Of a DNA stretch of 64,000 nt, positions 10,453 through 20,396 are shown piece after piece (position 1 is the first letter of the stretch; each line of letters opens with the position of its first letter). Below the pieces are notes generated by a model, which made no database searches, had not been told where the DNA came from, and saw nothing but the letters and a program-made list of their open reading frames with translations. A program made the translations under genes and the position numbers. This DNA is from an uncultured Ectothiorhodospiraceae bacterium (lineage in GTDB: Bacteria > Pseudomonadota > Gammaproteobacteria > SZUA-152), in assembly GCA_964401355.1 (NCBI GenBank), contig CAYNYJ010000003.1:2091-66090 (forward strand), written 5' to 3'.

Positions 10453-10518
10453 TTCTTTGAATGAAAAGTCGTGTTTTACCCAGCAAATCCCGAGATTACC
10501 CAGCAGGCTTGCAAACCT

Positions 10519-12792
10519 TCAGCGGCCCGCGCGCACCAGCCCCCCCAAACCCGCATCTTCCAACGCTGCGTTAAGGAAATTACGAATCAAGTGTGCATAC
10601 TCAAAGGTCAGCGCCTCTTTCAATAACATCTGCGCCTTACGTTGGCTAAAGGTACGAATCACCCATTTCACACGCGGCAAATTTGCGGCACTCATGCTGA
10701 GGTTGTCGATGCCCATACCCAATAAAAGAATCGCGGCGGCCGGATCACCTGCCATTTCTCCACACACGCCAACGGTCGTTTTTTCTTCCTTGGCACCGTC
10801 CACAATTTGTTGCAAAGCACGCAACACAGCAGGGTGTAATGAATCATATAAATTGGCAACGCGGGCATTGTTACGATCGACCGCTAATAAATATTGTGTC
10901 AGATCATTGGTACCCACGGAAATAAAGTTAACGCGACGCGCCAACTCACGAACCTGATACACCGCAGAAGGCACTTCTATCATCACCCCAACATGCGGCA
11001 TGCTGATACTAACACCACTGTCAATCAGTTCGTGATATGCGCGCCGCAACAATCGCAAGGCATCGTCCACTTCGGCAACGTTGTTGATCATCGGGAACAA
11101 TATATTCATATTATTCAGGCCGACACTGGCGCGTAGCATGGCGCGCAATTGCAGCATAAAAATTTCCGGGTGGTCAAGACTGATGCGTATGCCGCGCCAG
11201 CCCAGAAACGGATTATCTTCCTCAATAGGAAAATACGGAAGGGTTTTATCGCCGCCGATATCCAGTGTGCGCAGCGTCACGGGCGCGGGCGCAAATGACT
11301 TCAGCACCTGCCGGTAAATTTGCGTCTGTTCATCTTCACCCGGAAAACAGTCACGCATCATAAACGGAAATTCAGTGCGGTACAGGCCCACGCCCTCTGC
11401 ACCACTTTTGCGTGATGGCGTTACGTCAGCCAACAGACCACTGTTAATGTAAAGAGGAATGCCGACATTATCCGGCGTTATTGCCGGCAGATCACGCAGT
11501 TCCCGTAATTCCTTAAACAGCTCGGCCTCTTCCCGCAATAAATGTTTGAACTCTTCACGAATAGTGCGAGAGGGATTGACGAACACACGTCCGGTGTATC
11601 CGTCGACAATAATACTGCGCCCATCCATTCGGCTCACCGGCAAATCATCCACGCCCATCACCGCAGACACGCCCATGGCGCGCGCCAGTATCGCCACATG
11701 CGAAGTTTGTGAGCCACGTTTGGAAACCACCCCAACCAATCGTTTGATCGGGACTTCAGCCAACATGGATGCGGTAATTTCATCACCGACCAGCACTGTC
11801 CGGATCGGAAATTTTTTCGGTTTTTGCGGTTCTTTGGAACGCAATTTTTCCAGAATTCGTCGCCCAAGATCACGCACATCGTCGGCACGCTCACGCAAAT
11901 ATGCATCTTCCATCGCATCGAAGGCATGTATGTGTTCGAGTATGGTTTCGCGCAGCGCACCAGAAGCCCAATTGCCCTTTTTGATACGGCGAATCACTTC
12001 ACCGGTAATCGCATCGCCTTCGAGCATTAACAGATAAGCATCAAACAGTGCGCGATCTTCCACCGGCAGCACTTCTTTCATGCGCTCTAACATAGATTGG
12101 ATGTCTTTGCGCACGTCAGCAACCGCTGTTTTGAACAAGCTTATTTCCTGCTTAACATCACCTGCGGAGCGATCCGGAATCGCCTCCAGATTCGCCAGGG
12201 CATAATTCACTACTGCGGTGCCTATCGCCACACCGGGCGCTCCGGGCTGCCCGTTTAAAGGGGCGACGTCCCGCGCTCCGCGTCTATTATTATTCAATCC
12301 GTTGATGCCGCCACTGACTTCTGCATGCGCAATGGCACCGGCCAACTGCGCGGCAATAGTCACCAGAAAAGTAACTTTATCTTCACTAAAATGCACCTTG
12401 GAAAGACGCTGCACCACTAACACCCCTTGCAGCTGTCGATGGTGAATAATCGGCACCCCCAGAAAAGCGTGATAACGCTCCTCACCGGACTCGGGAAAAT
12501 ATTGATAGCGCGGATGGGTGGGTGCTTCGGCCAGGTTCACCGGCTCTTTCCGCTCACCAACCAGACCAATGAGCCCTTGGTCGACCTTCAGGCGCACCAT
12601 GCCCACCGCCTCGTTATTCAGGCCATCCGTTGCCATCAACACATTTTCACAATGCACTTTATCGGTCAGGTAGATGGAACACACGTCTACTTCCATCGCC
12701 TTTTTTACACGCAGCACAATGACGTCCAACGCCTGATCAAGATCCTTGGCGGCGGTGACTTCCTGCACGATGCGCCGCAGCGTATTCAGCAT
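10519..12792 (-). CDS. ptsP: GAF-containing PEP-protein phosphotransferase (EI-Ntr)
   Basis: N-terminal GAF domain (MLNTLRRIVQEV), GSQTSHVAILAR phospho-His, GVGLYRTEF, TLRTLDIGGDK, NPFLGWRGIR, SVGTNDLTQY, CGEMAGDP. Lies downstream of rppH. Confidence 0.97.
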   Translation of the reverse strand: MLNTLRRIVQEVTAAKDLDQALDVIVLRVKKAMEVDVCSIYLTDKVHCENVLMATDGLNNEAVGMVRLKVDQGLIGLVGERKEPVNLAEAPTHPRYQYFPESGEERYHAFLGVPIIHHRQLQGVLVVQRLSKVHFSEDKVTFLVTIAAQLAGAIAHAEVSGGINGLNNNRRGARDVAPLNGQPGAPGVAIGTAVVNYALANLEAIPDRSAGDVKQEISLFKTAVADVRKDIQSMLERMKEVLPVEDRALFDAYLLMLEGDAITGEVIRRIKKGNWASGALRETILEHIHAFDAMEDAYLRERADDVRDLGRRILEKLRSKEPQKPKKFPIRTVLVGDEITASMLAEVPIKRLVGVVSKRGSQTSHVAILARAMGVSAVMGVDDLPVSRMDGRSIIVDGYTGRVFVNPSRTIREEFKHLLREEAELFKELRELRDLPAITPDNVGIPLYINSGLLADVTPSRKSGAEGVGLYRTEFPFMMRDCFPGEDEQTQIYRQVLKSFAPAPVTLRTLDIGGDKTLPYFPIEEDNPFLGWRGIRISLDHPEIFMLQLRAMLRASVGLNNMNILFPMINNVAEVDDALRLLRRAYHELIDSGVSISMPHVGVMIEVPSAVYQVRELARRVNFISVGTNDLTQYLLAVDRNNARVANLYDSLHPAVLRALQQIVDGAKEEKTTVGVCGEMAGDPAAAILLLGMGIDNLSMSAANLPRVKWVIRTFSQRKAQMLLKEALTFEYAHLIRNFLNAALEDAGLGGLVRAGR

Positions 12793-12991
12793 GTATTATC
12801 CCTTGTTGTCATCAATAAATGGTGCTAGAAACGATGGCGCTGCAAACAACATCCGACAACGCTAAAACCAAAAATGGCGCATCAACCAAGCCCCGAACTC
12901 ACTGAGTGAAGTTTTACCCCATGTCCCCAGCCACAATGAACGCCACAAGCTTAGCTTAACCTGCAGAGTGGGCGATGCCCGCAGCCAACGA

Positions 12992-13525
12992 CTAGCGCTC
13001 GCCGGTTTGATAAGATGCTGTTTGCCGCTCAATGGGCCTGGACGCATCCAGCATTGCATCCAGTAATGGCTGCAATTCTTGCAAGGCACTGTGATACACA
13101 TCCCGTTTGAATGACACCACCCCTTGCAGCGGGTACCAGTAGTCCACCCAACGCCAACCATCAAATTCGGGCTGATCACCGGCATCCAGCTGAACTTCGT
13201 CATCGTTGACTATCAGCCGTAACAGGTACCACACCTGCTTCTGGCCAATGCACAGGGGCGTGGTTCCGTACCGCAGATAACGTTTGGGCAGATCGTATCG
13301 CAGCCAGTCCTGCGTCGAACCCAGCAACTCGACCTGGCTGGAGGTCAAACCAATTTCTTCGTGCAACTCCCGAAACAGGGCCTCCTTACGGGTCTCATGC
13401 GGCAGGATGCCGCCCTGGGGAAACTGCCAGGCATCTTGGCCAATACGACGCGCCCACAGCAACCGGCCCTGTGAATTACACAGGATCATACCCACATTTG
13501 CTCGGTATCCCTCAGCATCAATCAT
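12992..13525 (-). CDS. rppH: RNA pyrophosphohydrolase (Nudix)
   Basis: [23 protein letters not shown], Nudix box [34 protein letters not shown]. Confidence 0.97.
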   Translation of the reverse strand: MIDAEGYRANVGMILCNSQGRLLWARRIGQDAWQFPQGGILPHETRKEALFRELHEEIGLTSSQVELLGSTQDWLRYDLPKRYLRYGTTPLCIGQKQVWYLLRLIVNDDEVQLDAGDQPEFDGWRWVDYWYPLQGVVSFKRDVYHSALQELQPLLDAMLDASRPIERQTASYQTGER

Positions 13526-13746
13526 AGTTCAAACTTAACCCAATCCTTAATCAAGCCTTGATTCAACTCTTAGCTCAACCACAGTTCAATCAAAGACTTA
13601 TCGTAAAAAATTGCCTTGATTGTTCCACATTCGCCGCTCACCACGCAAGCGACGCCTGTTTCCCGCAAAGAAGCGCATTGGTTATGATGGCGTTCTGTTA
13701 TCGTTCACAGCGTAATGCACACAACCCCATTCAAGAGATTCACATC

Positions 13747-14430
13747 ATGAGCCTGGCCATTTTTGATCTGGACAACACCCTGCTAGGGGACGACAGCGAC
13801 TACCTGTGGGGCCAGTTTTTAGTGCAACAGGGCCTGGTGGACGGTGATTTTTACATGCGGGAAAACCAGCGGTTTTACCAGGATTACAAAACCGGCAATC
13901 TGGATATCCTCGAATTTCTAGCCTTCAGTCTGAAACCGCTCAGTGAGCATCCCCGTGAAAAACTCGACAATCTGCACCGGCAATTCATGCAAGAGGTGAT
14001 CGGCCCAGTGATGCTGCCCGCAGCCCAATTATTACTGGAAAAACACCGTACCCAGGGGGATACCTTGCTGATTATCACCGCCACCAACCGTTTCATCACG
14101 GGACCGATTGCTACGGCGCTGGAAGTGGAAAATCTTATCGCCACCGAACCGGAGATCATTGACGGCCGCTACACCGGTCGGGTCGACGGCACGCCCTGTT
14201 TTCAATCGGGAAAGGTGCAGCGGCTCGAAACTTGGCTCAACGCCCACCAGCAAAACCTCACCAACAGCTGTTTTTACAGTGATTCACACAACGACCTGCC
14301 ACTACTGGAACTCGTCACCCGGCCGGTCGCCGTGGATCCGGACGACACCCTCGCCGACCACGCCAACAGCAAGGGCTGGCCGATTATCAGTCTCAGGGGC
14401 AATGACAAACAGCTGGCCACAAGGGACTAA
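13747..14430 (+). CDS. HAD-IB family hydrolase (SerB-like)
   Basis: MSLAIFDLDNTLL motif I, IITAT motif II, GKV, FYSDSHNDLPLL motif IV. True start at 13747; the ORF-track extension from 13558 is probably not translated. Confidence 0.92.
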   Translation: MSLAIFDLDNTLLGDDSDYLWGQFLVQQGLVDGDFYMRENQRFYQDYKTGNLDILEFLAFSLKPLSEHPREKLDNLHRQFMQEVIGPVMLPAAQLLLEKHRTQGDTLLIITATNRFITGPIATALEVENLIATEPEIIDGRYTGRVDGTPCFQSGKVQRLETWLNAHQQNLTNSCFYSDSHNDLPLLELVTRPVAVDPDDTLADHANSKGWPIISLRGNDKQLATRD

Positions 14431-15147
14431 TCACTTAGCTGCCCCAATCGGCACCACACCAGCTAGTTGAACCGAGGCCTGCCGCCCGGTTTGAGCGTCT
14501 TCAAACGTATCCAGCCATTCTACCAATGGCGCCCAACGCGCACGATCTGATACCGTCCGGCTTTTTTCCAACTCATGCACCCCCAAACCCTGTTCAGAGG
14601 CACGAATATAATTCTGACTATCGCGCAAGATGGCCACCAACGGCAATTTGAGGGTGGAGAGAAAACGTTCCAAATCTTGGAACGCCAAGGTGTTTTCCCT
14701 CACCCGGTTGGCTACCACGGCGAGCCGCACACCGCTGCTGCGAATCTTGCCCACCAGCAATAAATCCTGAATAAAATGCGCCGCAGCGTGGATATCGATG
14801 GGCGATGGCAATACCGGCACCAAAATGGTGTCAACGCGTTGCACGTATTCCACCAGCCCCAAGCCCGAAACACCTGCGGGCACATCCATGATCACCCGTT
14901 CCGCCTCCATGGGCAGGCGCATCTGAAAAGCGCGAGTCACGTCACGGCGGCGCTGAAAAGCGGCAATACCGTGAATCGCCGGGCGCTCAGCATCACGCAG
15001 ACTCAACCAACGCATACTGGAACCCTGCGGATCATAGTCCAGCAGCGCCGTAACGCGTCCCTGATCCGCATAATAGCTAGCCAAATTGGTGGCCAATGTG
15101 GTTTTGCCACAGCCACCCTTGGCGTTGAGTACCAAAATACGATGCAT
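14431..15147 (-). CDS. Orphan ParA/MinD-family ATPase
   Basis: Deviant Walker A NAKGGCGKTT, LDYDPQGS, IMDVPAG, LVPVLPSPID. Confidence 0.9.
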   Translation of the reverse strand: MHRILVLNAKGGCGKTTLATNLASYYADQGRVTALLDYDPQGSSMRWLSLRDAERPAIHGIAAFQRRRDVTRAFQMRLPMEAERVIMDVPAGVSGLGLVEYVQRVDTILVPVLPSPIDIHAAAHFIQDLLLVGKIRSSGVRLAVVANRVRENTLAFQDLERFLSTLKLPLVAILRDSQNYIRASEQGLGVHELEKSRTVSDRARWAPLVEWLDTFEDAQTGRQASVQLAGVVPIGAAK

Positions 15148-15393
15148 ACCTATTTATACGACATATCGCTGGTCAAAACCTGATAACTCCTTCTCAAAAC
15201 CAACCGAGGCCACACAGAGCCAAAATCAGTCCCTGTGCCGGTGGTACCGTCCAAAATACGCTAAAGTCGGTCGGTGACTGTACGATACAGACAATACCGT
15301 CCTTTACGTTTTTTCAGCCCTGGCTGATTAGAACGGAAAGAAGCTCGATAACCCACATACAACGTTAATCTGAGAGAATATGAGACAGATATC

Positions 15394-15639
15394 ATGAGCA
15401 TCCCTGCCCTGAACGCCGGTATTAACGGGATCAATCAAGGCCTTCACAATTTGCGTCGTGATGCCGCCGCGGTTGCGCAGGCCGTTCGTGGCGACTCTAG
15501 TGCAACGACTGGCCCAGGCACAGACGTCACTTCAGCATTGGTCAATATGAAGCTGAACAGCTTGCAGGTTCAAGCCTCCGCCAAAGTCGTTGAAACCGTA
15601 CACGAACTGCTCGGCAGCCTGTTAGACGTTACTGCCTGA
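15394..15639 (+). CDS. Small protein resembling fused N- and C-terminal helices of flagellar rod/hook proteins
   Basis: ALNAGINGINQG start and DVTSALVNMKLNSLQVQASAKVVETVHELLGSLLD end, typical of the flagellar basal-body rod C-terminal helix. Confidence 0.65.
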   Translation: MSIPALNAGINGINQGLHNLRRDAAAVAQAVRGDSSATTGPGTDVTSALVNMKLNSLQVQASAKVVETVHELLGSLLDVTA

Positions 15640-15672
15640 AGCGCTTTCACCCCCCCAAGCGCGCACAACACC

Positions 15673-16407
15673 ATGCAAATCCCTGCTGTTAACAGCGCAG
15701 CCATTTCCCCCCTCAATCCGACTGCGTTGAGTCCTAAGGCAAATTCCAACGCCCCGACGATCAAGGATCCTGCCATCGCCCCAAGCGCCGTCGACAAAGT
15801 AGGTGCCCCCACCAGCACCGCCGACGCCACCAACACCAATAGCAGCGCAACCAGCAGCACGCCTGGCCGCAGCAACTCGTCCAATGGTACCCAACAGTTA
15901 ACCGATGCCGACCTGCGTCAGGTCGAACAATTACAGGTGCGTGATCGTGAAGTCCGCGCGCACGAGAGCGCACATAAGGCAGCCGCAGGTAACCTCGTCA
16001 AAGGAGGTGCCAACTACACCTATGAATCAGGCCCGGATGGACGACGCTATGCCGTCGGCGGTGAAGTCAGTATCGATACCGCCCCGGTGGCCAACGACCC
16101 GCAAGCCACCATACAAAAGGCCCAAACGATCCGCGCCGCAGCACTGGCCCCGGCACAACCCTCCAGCACCGATCGTGCGGTGGCTGCCAAAGCCAGTCAG
16201 ATCGAGTCCTCAGCACGGACAGAACTGTCCTCAGCCAAGGCCGAAGAATCTCAAATGAACCCGAAAGAAAACACAGAATTTTCAACAGTGCCAGACACAG
16301 AATCGCCAACGGCCAAATCGAATACGGGAATCGACCGTTATCAGGACACGCTCAATCCACGTGCACCATCTGATCTGCTCGGCCAACTGTTAAACACCTC
16401 GGTTTAA
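15673..16407 (+). CDS. SprA-related family protein (putative metalloprotease-like)
   Basis: Ser/Thr-rich N-terminus followed by RDREVRAHESAH...YTYESGPDGRRYAVGGEVSID...AALAPAQPSSTDRAVA. Confidence 0.8.
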   Translation: MQIPAVNSAAISPLNPTALSPKANSNAPTIKDPAIAPSAVDKVGAPTSTADATNTNSSATSSTPGRSNSSNGTQQLTDADLRQVEQLQVRDREVRAHESAHKAAAGNLVKGGANYTYESGPDGRRYAVGGEVSIDTAPVANDPQATIQKAQTIRAAALAPAQPSSTDRAVAAKASQIESSARTELSSAKAEESQMNPKENTEFSTVPDTESPTAKSNTGIDRYQDTLNPRAPSDLLGQLLNTSV

Positions 16408-16430
16408 AACAAAGCAATCAAAAGAACCAC

Positions 16431-16504
16431 TCAGTGGCAGCCCTGTGCAAAGGGACAAGAAACCATTTCAGTGGCAGCCCTGTGCAAAGGGACAAGAAAC
16501 CATT
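16431..16504. repeat. Perfect 37-bp tandem duplication
   Basis: TCAGTGGCAGCCCTGTGCAAAGGGACAAGAAACCATT at 16431 and again at 16468, between convergent genes. Confidence 0.95.
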
Positions 16505-16530
16505 TGCCGATAAATAATCACAAACACAAT

Positions 16531-17472
16531 TTAAGTCGGCAGAAAATCGATAGGGTAGGTCACCACCATCACTTCAACATCACGGGCACCGAAGTTTAGT
16601 AATTTAACCCTGGCAACCAATCTTCTTTCCAATCTTTCATCATTCAATTCACTGGATATTATTTTGCACGCGGTTACCCGCCCTGAAGCCGCAATGGTAA
16701 TTTCCAGCACCACTTTTCCTTGCAGGGTAGGATCCTTACGTAAGGCACGACTGTACAAAGAATAAATCGCTCCTTTATTTCTATCAAAGACAAGAGAAAC
16801 TTCTTCATAAGTGCGCGATAATTTTCCGGAACCCCCGCCACCCGTCACCCTGGGGCCAGCCTTTGCCACCATCTCCACCGGACTTTCCACTTGCGTAGTT
16901 TCACGTCCGGCAAGCGCACTACGGCCAACACCACTACTCAAGCGTGAAGTATCAATACCACCACTGCCCGACGCGCCAGAAGTCAGGATATTTCGCTTCA
17001 TGGCTTTCGCAGCTGTAGCGCCCTTGGCCAAAGGACGATTCTTATTCAGCGCCGTGGTGACAGGTGCATCCCGCAAATCAGCCAATTCATCAGCGAAAGC
17101 TAACAAGCCCGAAGAGGCGGCTTTTTTACGAGCTTCAGCGACACGATCAACCTCAGGTTTTTTCTCGACCTTCTTTTTAGGTTTTTCTTCCTTCTTTTTT
17201 TCTTTCTTCTTCTCTTCCTTTTTTTCTTTTTTCTTTTCTATTTTTTTAGGAACAGGTTTCGGTTTTTGTTTTTCCAATAATAACTGTGCCAAACGAGGCG
17301 GCAACTCTTCCACTTTATCCCGATCGACTTCCGGCAAGGGTATAAATGGAATACCCAAGCTAAATACAAACGTCAACCCCATCGCAATAACAAGAATTTT
17401 TCTGAAGCGACCTTCGTCGTCGTCCAGACGAGTCCAGGGCAATATATATGAGCGATAGACGAGTACAGACAC
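16531..17472 (-). CDS. TonB-C-like / AgmX-PglI C-terminal domain protein (GltG-like)
   Basis: Single TM helix, Lys/Glu/Pro-rich linker (KPKPVPKKIEKKKEKK) and C-terminal RTYEEVSLVFDRNKGAIYSLYSRALRKDPTLQGKVV...YPIDF. Confidence 0.75.
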   Translation of the reverse strand: MSVLVYRSYILPWTRLDDDEGRFRKILVIAMGLTFVFSLGIPFIPLPEVDRDKVEELPPRLAQLLLEKQKPKPVPKKIEKKKEKKEEKKKEKKKEEKPKKKVEKKPEVDRVAEARKKAASSGLLAFADELADLRDAPVTTALNKNRPLAKGATAAKAMKRNILTSGASGSGGIDTSRLSSGVGRSALAGRETTQVESPVEMVAKAGPRVTGGGGSGKLSRTYEEVSLVFDRNKGAIYSLYSRALRKDPTLQGKVVLEITIAASGRVTACKIISSELNDERLERRLVARVKLLNFGARDVEVMVVTYPIDFLPT

Positions 17473-17479
17473 GAATAAA

Positions 17480-17986
17480 TTATCCTTTGTCTCGTTTACG
17501 CAAAACAGCCAGAGAGATATTGGTGTAATTTGCCTTGGTACAGGTCAGCATGATCTTTTTCAGCAACGCAAAAGGAATTTTTTTGTCGCCCATAATTGTA
17601 ACTTCACGCGGCAGGGGCTTTCCATCTGCGGCAAACTTACGCACTGTTCGTTTTGCCAAACGTAGCAATTCATCTTTGAGCGGTTTGATTTCAATGCTTT
17701 TGGTTCGCGCTACTTCAGACACCGTGGCCACCTTTCTTCCCTGCACAATGATGTCTTTCTCGCTAACAATGATGACCACTGTTTCTTTGGGCAATTGATC
17801 AGAGATAGACTCAGGAAGCTTGATTTGCTTCGCACTCGGCAAATCCTGAACCGAAGAGGAACTTACCAATAGAAAAAATACCAGAATAGTAAAGATGTCC
17901 ATCAACGACACCATATTCAATGTGGCGTTACGTTTTGTACGCGCATGATGCCGCATCATACGTTTGGCGCGACGCGACTCACTCAT
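17480..17986 (-). CDS. ExbD/TolR family protein (AglS/AglQ-like)
   Basis: LNMVSLMDIFTILVFFLL TM helix with the conserved Asp; IMGDKKIPFALLKKIMLTC. Confidence 0.9.
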   Translation of the reverse strand: MSESRRAKRMMRHHARTKRNATLNMVSLMDIFTILVFFLLVSSSSVQDLPSAKQIKLPESISDQLPKETVVIIVSEKDIIVQGRKVATVSEVARTKSIEIKPLKDELLRLAKRTVRKFAADGKPLPREVTIMGDKKIPFALLKKIMLTCTKANYTNISLAVLRKRDKG

Positions 17987-18477
17987 GGCGCGTCACCAAT
18001 GGCAATCAATGGAAACAGCTCTTTCCTCACAACCGACGCGACTTCCACCACCTTTACTTCACGAACGGTATCCATGGCTTTGACCAACAATTCATATTCA
18101 ATATTTGGCTCAAGCAAAATACTGATATTTTGTTTCTCTGGGAATCGCGTTTTAAGTTTAATAAGAAGATCGGAAAGCGCTGAAAAATCATGCTTGCCAT
18201 CCACATTTTTTATCACTTTTAGAACGCCGCCAATAGTGTCTGCCACAACCAGCTTATCCTTGCGCACGATCACCTCGAAATTGCGCACCTTCTTTTGGTC
18301 ATTCTTGGTTTGCAACGTTGAATCTGGCGGAAGATTGAGCTCCAAAATGCTGAGTTGAGAAAATGCTGCAGACAACAGCAAGAACGGAATAAGCACCACC
18401 ATTAAATTCATAAAGGCTGTGACATCAAGTTCCGGCACGCTACGATGGGCACGTCTGACGCGTCTTCTTACTGACAT
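17983..18477 (-). CDS. ExbD/TolR family protein (second paralog)
   Basis: ELDVTAFMNLMVVLIPFLLLSA TM helix; ISILLEPNIEYELLVKAMD. ATGA overlap with the next gene. Confidence 0.88.
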   Translation of the reverse strand: MSVRRRVRRAHRSVPELDVTAFMNLMVVLIPFLLLSAAFSQLSILELNLPPDSTLQTKNDQKKVRNFEVIVRKDKLVVADTIGGVLKVIKNVDGKHDFSALSDLLIKLKTRFPEKQNISILLEPNIEYELLVKAMDTVREVKVVEVASVVRKELFPLIAIGDAP

Positions 18478-18492
18478 ACGAAATCGTTCCGC

Positions 18493-19149
18493 TTAATCTG
18501 CGCTACGAGCGCTTTCTTTACGAAACTCGGTGAGCGAGTTCAGAAACTTCACCGTTGCCATTTCCATGCTGTCAACAATCTCCGTTGTCTTGGTTTGCAG
18601 CACCGTAAACATCAACAGCAGCGGAATGGCCGCCATCAAACCAAAAGCAGTGGTATTCATGGCAACAGAAATACTCGCTGAAAGTAAATCCGCCTTATCC
18701 GCAGGATTAGCGTTTGCCACCGCACTAAAGGCCTGAATCAAACCAATAATAGTGCCTAACAAGCCCAGCAACGTAGCAATGTTCGCAAAGGTGGCCAGAT
18801 AATGTGTGCGCTTTTCAAGGCGAGGGATAACCTCCATCAAACCTTCTTCCATCGCAATTTCAATATCATCACGGTGACTGGTCAACCGCAAACGGCTCAA
18901 GCCGTATGACATAATTTTACCCACCTCAGATTTCGAACGGCTACTGATCGCCATCGCCTGTTTATAATTATTAACTTTCAGTAGCGGCGTTAATTTATTC
19001 CACATGCTACGATTTTTTAGCTTGGATACACTGAGGTACACATACCGCTCAATCGCAATTGCCGCACCCAACGCAAACACCACCAAGATGGGGTACATGA
19101 ACGGCCCCCCCTCCTGGAAAAATTTTACAATCGCGTTAAAGACTTCCAT
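18493..19149 (-). CDS. MotA/TolQ/ExbB proton-channel protein (AglR-like)
   Basis: Three TM helices; ATLLGLLGTIIGLIQAF and ISVAMNTTAFGL motifs. Confidence 0.93.
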   Translation of the reverse strand: MEVFNAIVKFFQEGGPFMYPILVVFALGAAIAIERYVYLSVSKLKNRSMWNKLTPLLKVNNYKQAMAISSRSKSEVGKIMSYGLSRLRLTSHRDDIEIAMEEGLMEVIPRLEKRTHYLATFANIATLLGLLGTIIGLIQAFSAVANANPADKADLLSASISVAMNTTAFGLMAAIPLLLMFTVLQTKTTEIVDSMEMATVKFLNSLTEFRKESARSAD

Positions 19150-19289
19150 ACCCTTCTCCTTACATCACAATATGTCATCATTATGCTGATATTTATGAGC
19201 ATTAAGGCACTCATCATGTCATAAACACGCCGCTAAGCGCTTGATGTAGCTCACAACATCCGCAGTAGATCACACCAGAAACACAGTAT

Positions 19290-19316
19290 TAAACGGCCAT
19301 CTATTGAGGTTCTTGA
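19290..19316 (-). promoter_or_regulatory. Possible internal sigma28-like promoter upstream of the TolQ-like gene
   Basis: Minus strand reads TCAA-N15-GCCGTTTA versus consensus TAAA-N15-GCCGATAA, within a 240-bp intergenic gap in the operon. Imperfect match. Confidence 0.25.
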
Positions 19317-19391
19317 AATTTATCGATAAAACGAGGAAAACCAACCCAAATTTTTACGACAGATACTTGATCAACAACCCACAACTAGAAG

Positions 19392-19667
19392 TTATTTAAC
19401 CCCAGCATCATATAACATTCCATAATATTCAACCTGACGCTGAAAAACATCCCTATCCAAAACTTCCCATGAAGTATCAAACGAGCTGCTACCAGCACCA
19501 CCCAATAGCGAACCCAAACGTGAGCTCTTCCACGGCACGATATACAGTATCTTCGGCAGCTCGCGGCTACCCTGAATAGCCGTTGAATCCAGCTCGATTC
19601 GATCCGCAGCAAATATATCCGGCGAGGTGAAAATGATCATGGCGGCAGCAACAAGATAAAATCTCAT
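19392..19667 (-). CDS. Small exported protein (GltF-like)
   Basis: Signal peptide, then IELDSTAIQGSRELPKILYIVPWK. Sits between the TPR and TolQ genes, where gltF lies in agl/glt-like clusters. Confidence 0.6.
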   Translation of the reverse strand: MRFYLVAAAMIIFTSPDIFAADRIELDSTAIQGSRELPKILYIVPWKSSRLGSLLGGAGSSSFDTSWEVLDRDVFQRQVEYYGMLYDAGVK

Positions 19668-20263
19668 TATTTTTTGGCCCTACGCGCTAAATCAACGATC
19701 CATTTCATCACTTCCTTGTCTTCCGTTTTGTTTTCTGCTCTGGCCAATTCCTGGTAACGTTTATAATGCACTAACGCTTCTGTCAGCTTGCCCATATACA
19801 GCTCAAGCAATATACCAAGATTGAGATGAGCATAAGCGTAATCAGGCTCAACCTGCAAGGCCTTTTCATAATAGGCAAAAGCTTCTTTAAATTTTCCCTC
19901 GGCGCGGTTAATAATTCCCAAGTGGTTTAGGCTGACGATATTTTTTGCATTAATGTTAAGCGCTTGTAGAAATTCGCTTTTCGCTTGCTCCATTTTATTC
20001 GCACGAAAATAAAGGATCCCCAGATTTGCGTGCGGCCCAGAGTAACTCGGATACCGTTCAATTAATTGTCGCAAAGCAGACTCTGCCTGCGCGTAATTGC
20101 CCTCACGCATTGCCGACAGGGCATGTTCATAGGCCGTCGTAATTTTTGGATCAACCGTGGGAAGAAGTTTGCTTGTCTCTTTCTCACTCAAGCTACCAGG
20201 GCCCGTTGCCGCGCACCCGACAAGCAGCATAACGATAAAAACAATTTGTCCAAAACGCGTCAC
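19667..20263 (-). CDS. TPR lipoprotein (GltE-like)
   Basis: Lipobox LLVGC; TPR units HANLGILY, SLNHLGII, AHLNLGILLELY. Confidence 0.85.
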   Translation of the reverse strand: MTRFGQIVFIVMLLVGCAATGPGSLSEKETSKLLPTVDPKITTAYEHALSAMREGNYAQAESALRQLIERYPSYSGPHANLGILYFRANKMEQAKSEFLQALNINAKNIVSLNHLGIINRAEGKFKEAFAYYEKALQVEPDYAYAHLNLGILLELYMGKLTEALVHYKRYQELARAENKTEDKEVMKWIVDLARRAKK

Positions 20264-20396
20264 ATAGAACTCCTGCCAATAAAGGCCAAAGACAGCTTTA
20301 AATCTACATTACGGTCCATCACCCCTCCTAGCAACCAATCTTTTAAACCAAACCTAAACACGCTTTCCGTTGCAATATCGTTTCAACAATCCACAA

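Noticed and set aside
16506-16513. Perfect GCCGATAA sigma28 -10 box
   Set aside because: No TAAA at the 15-nt spacing, and it points antisense into a gene end.
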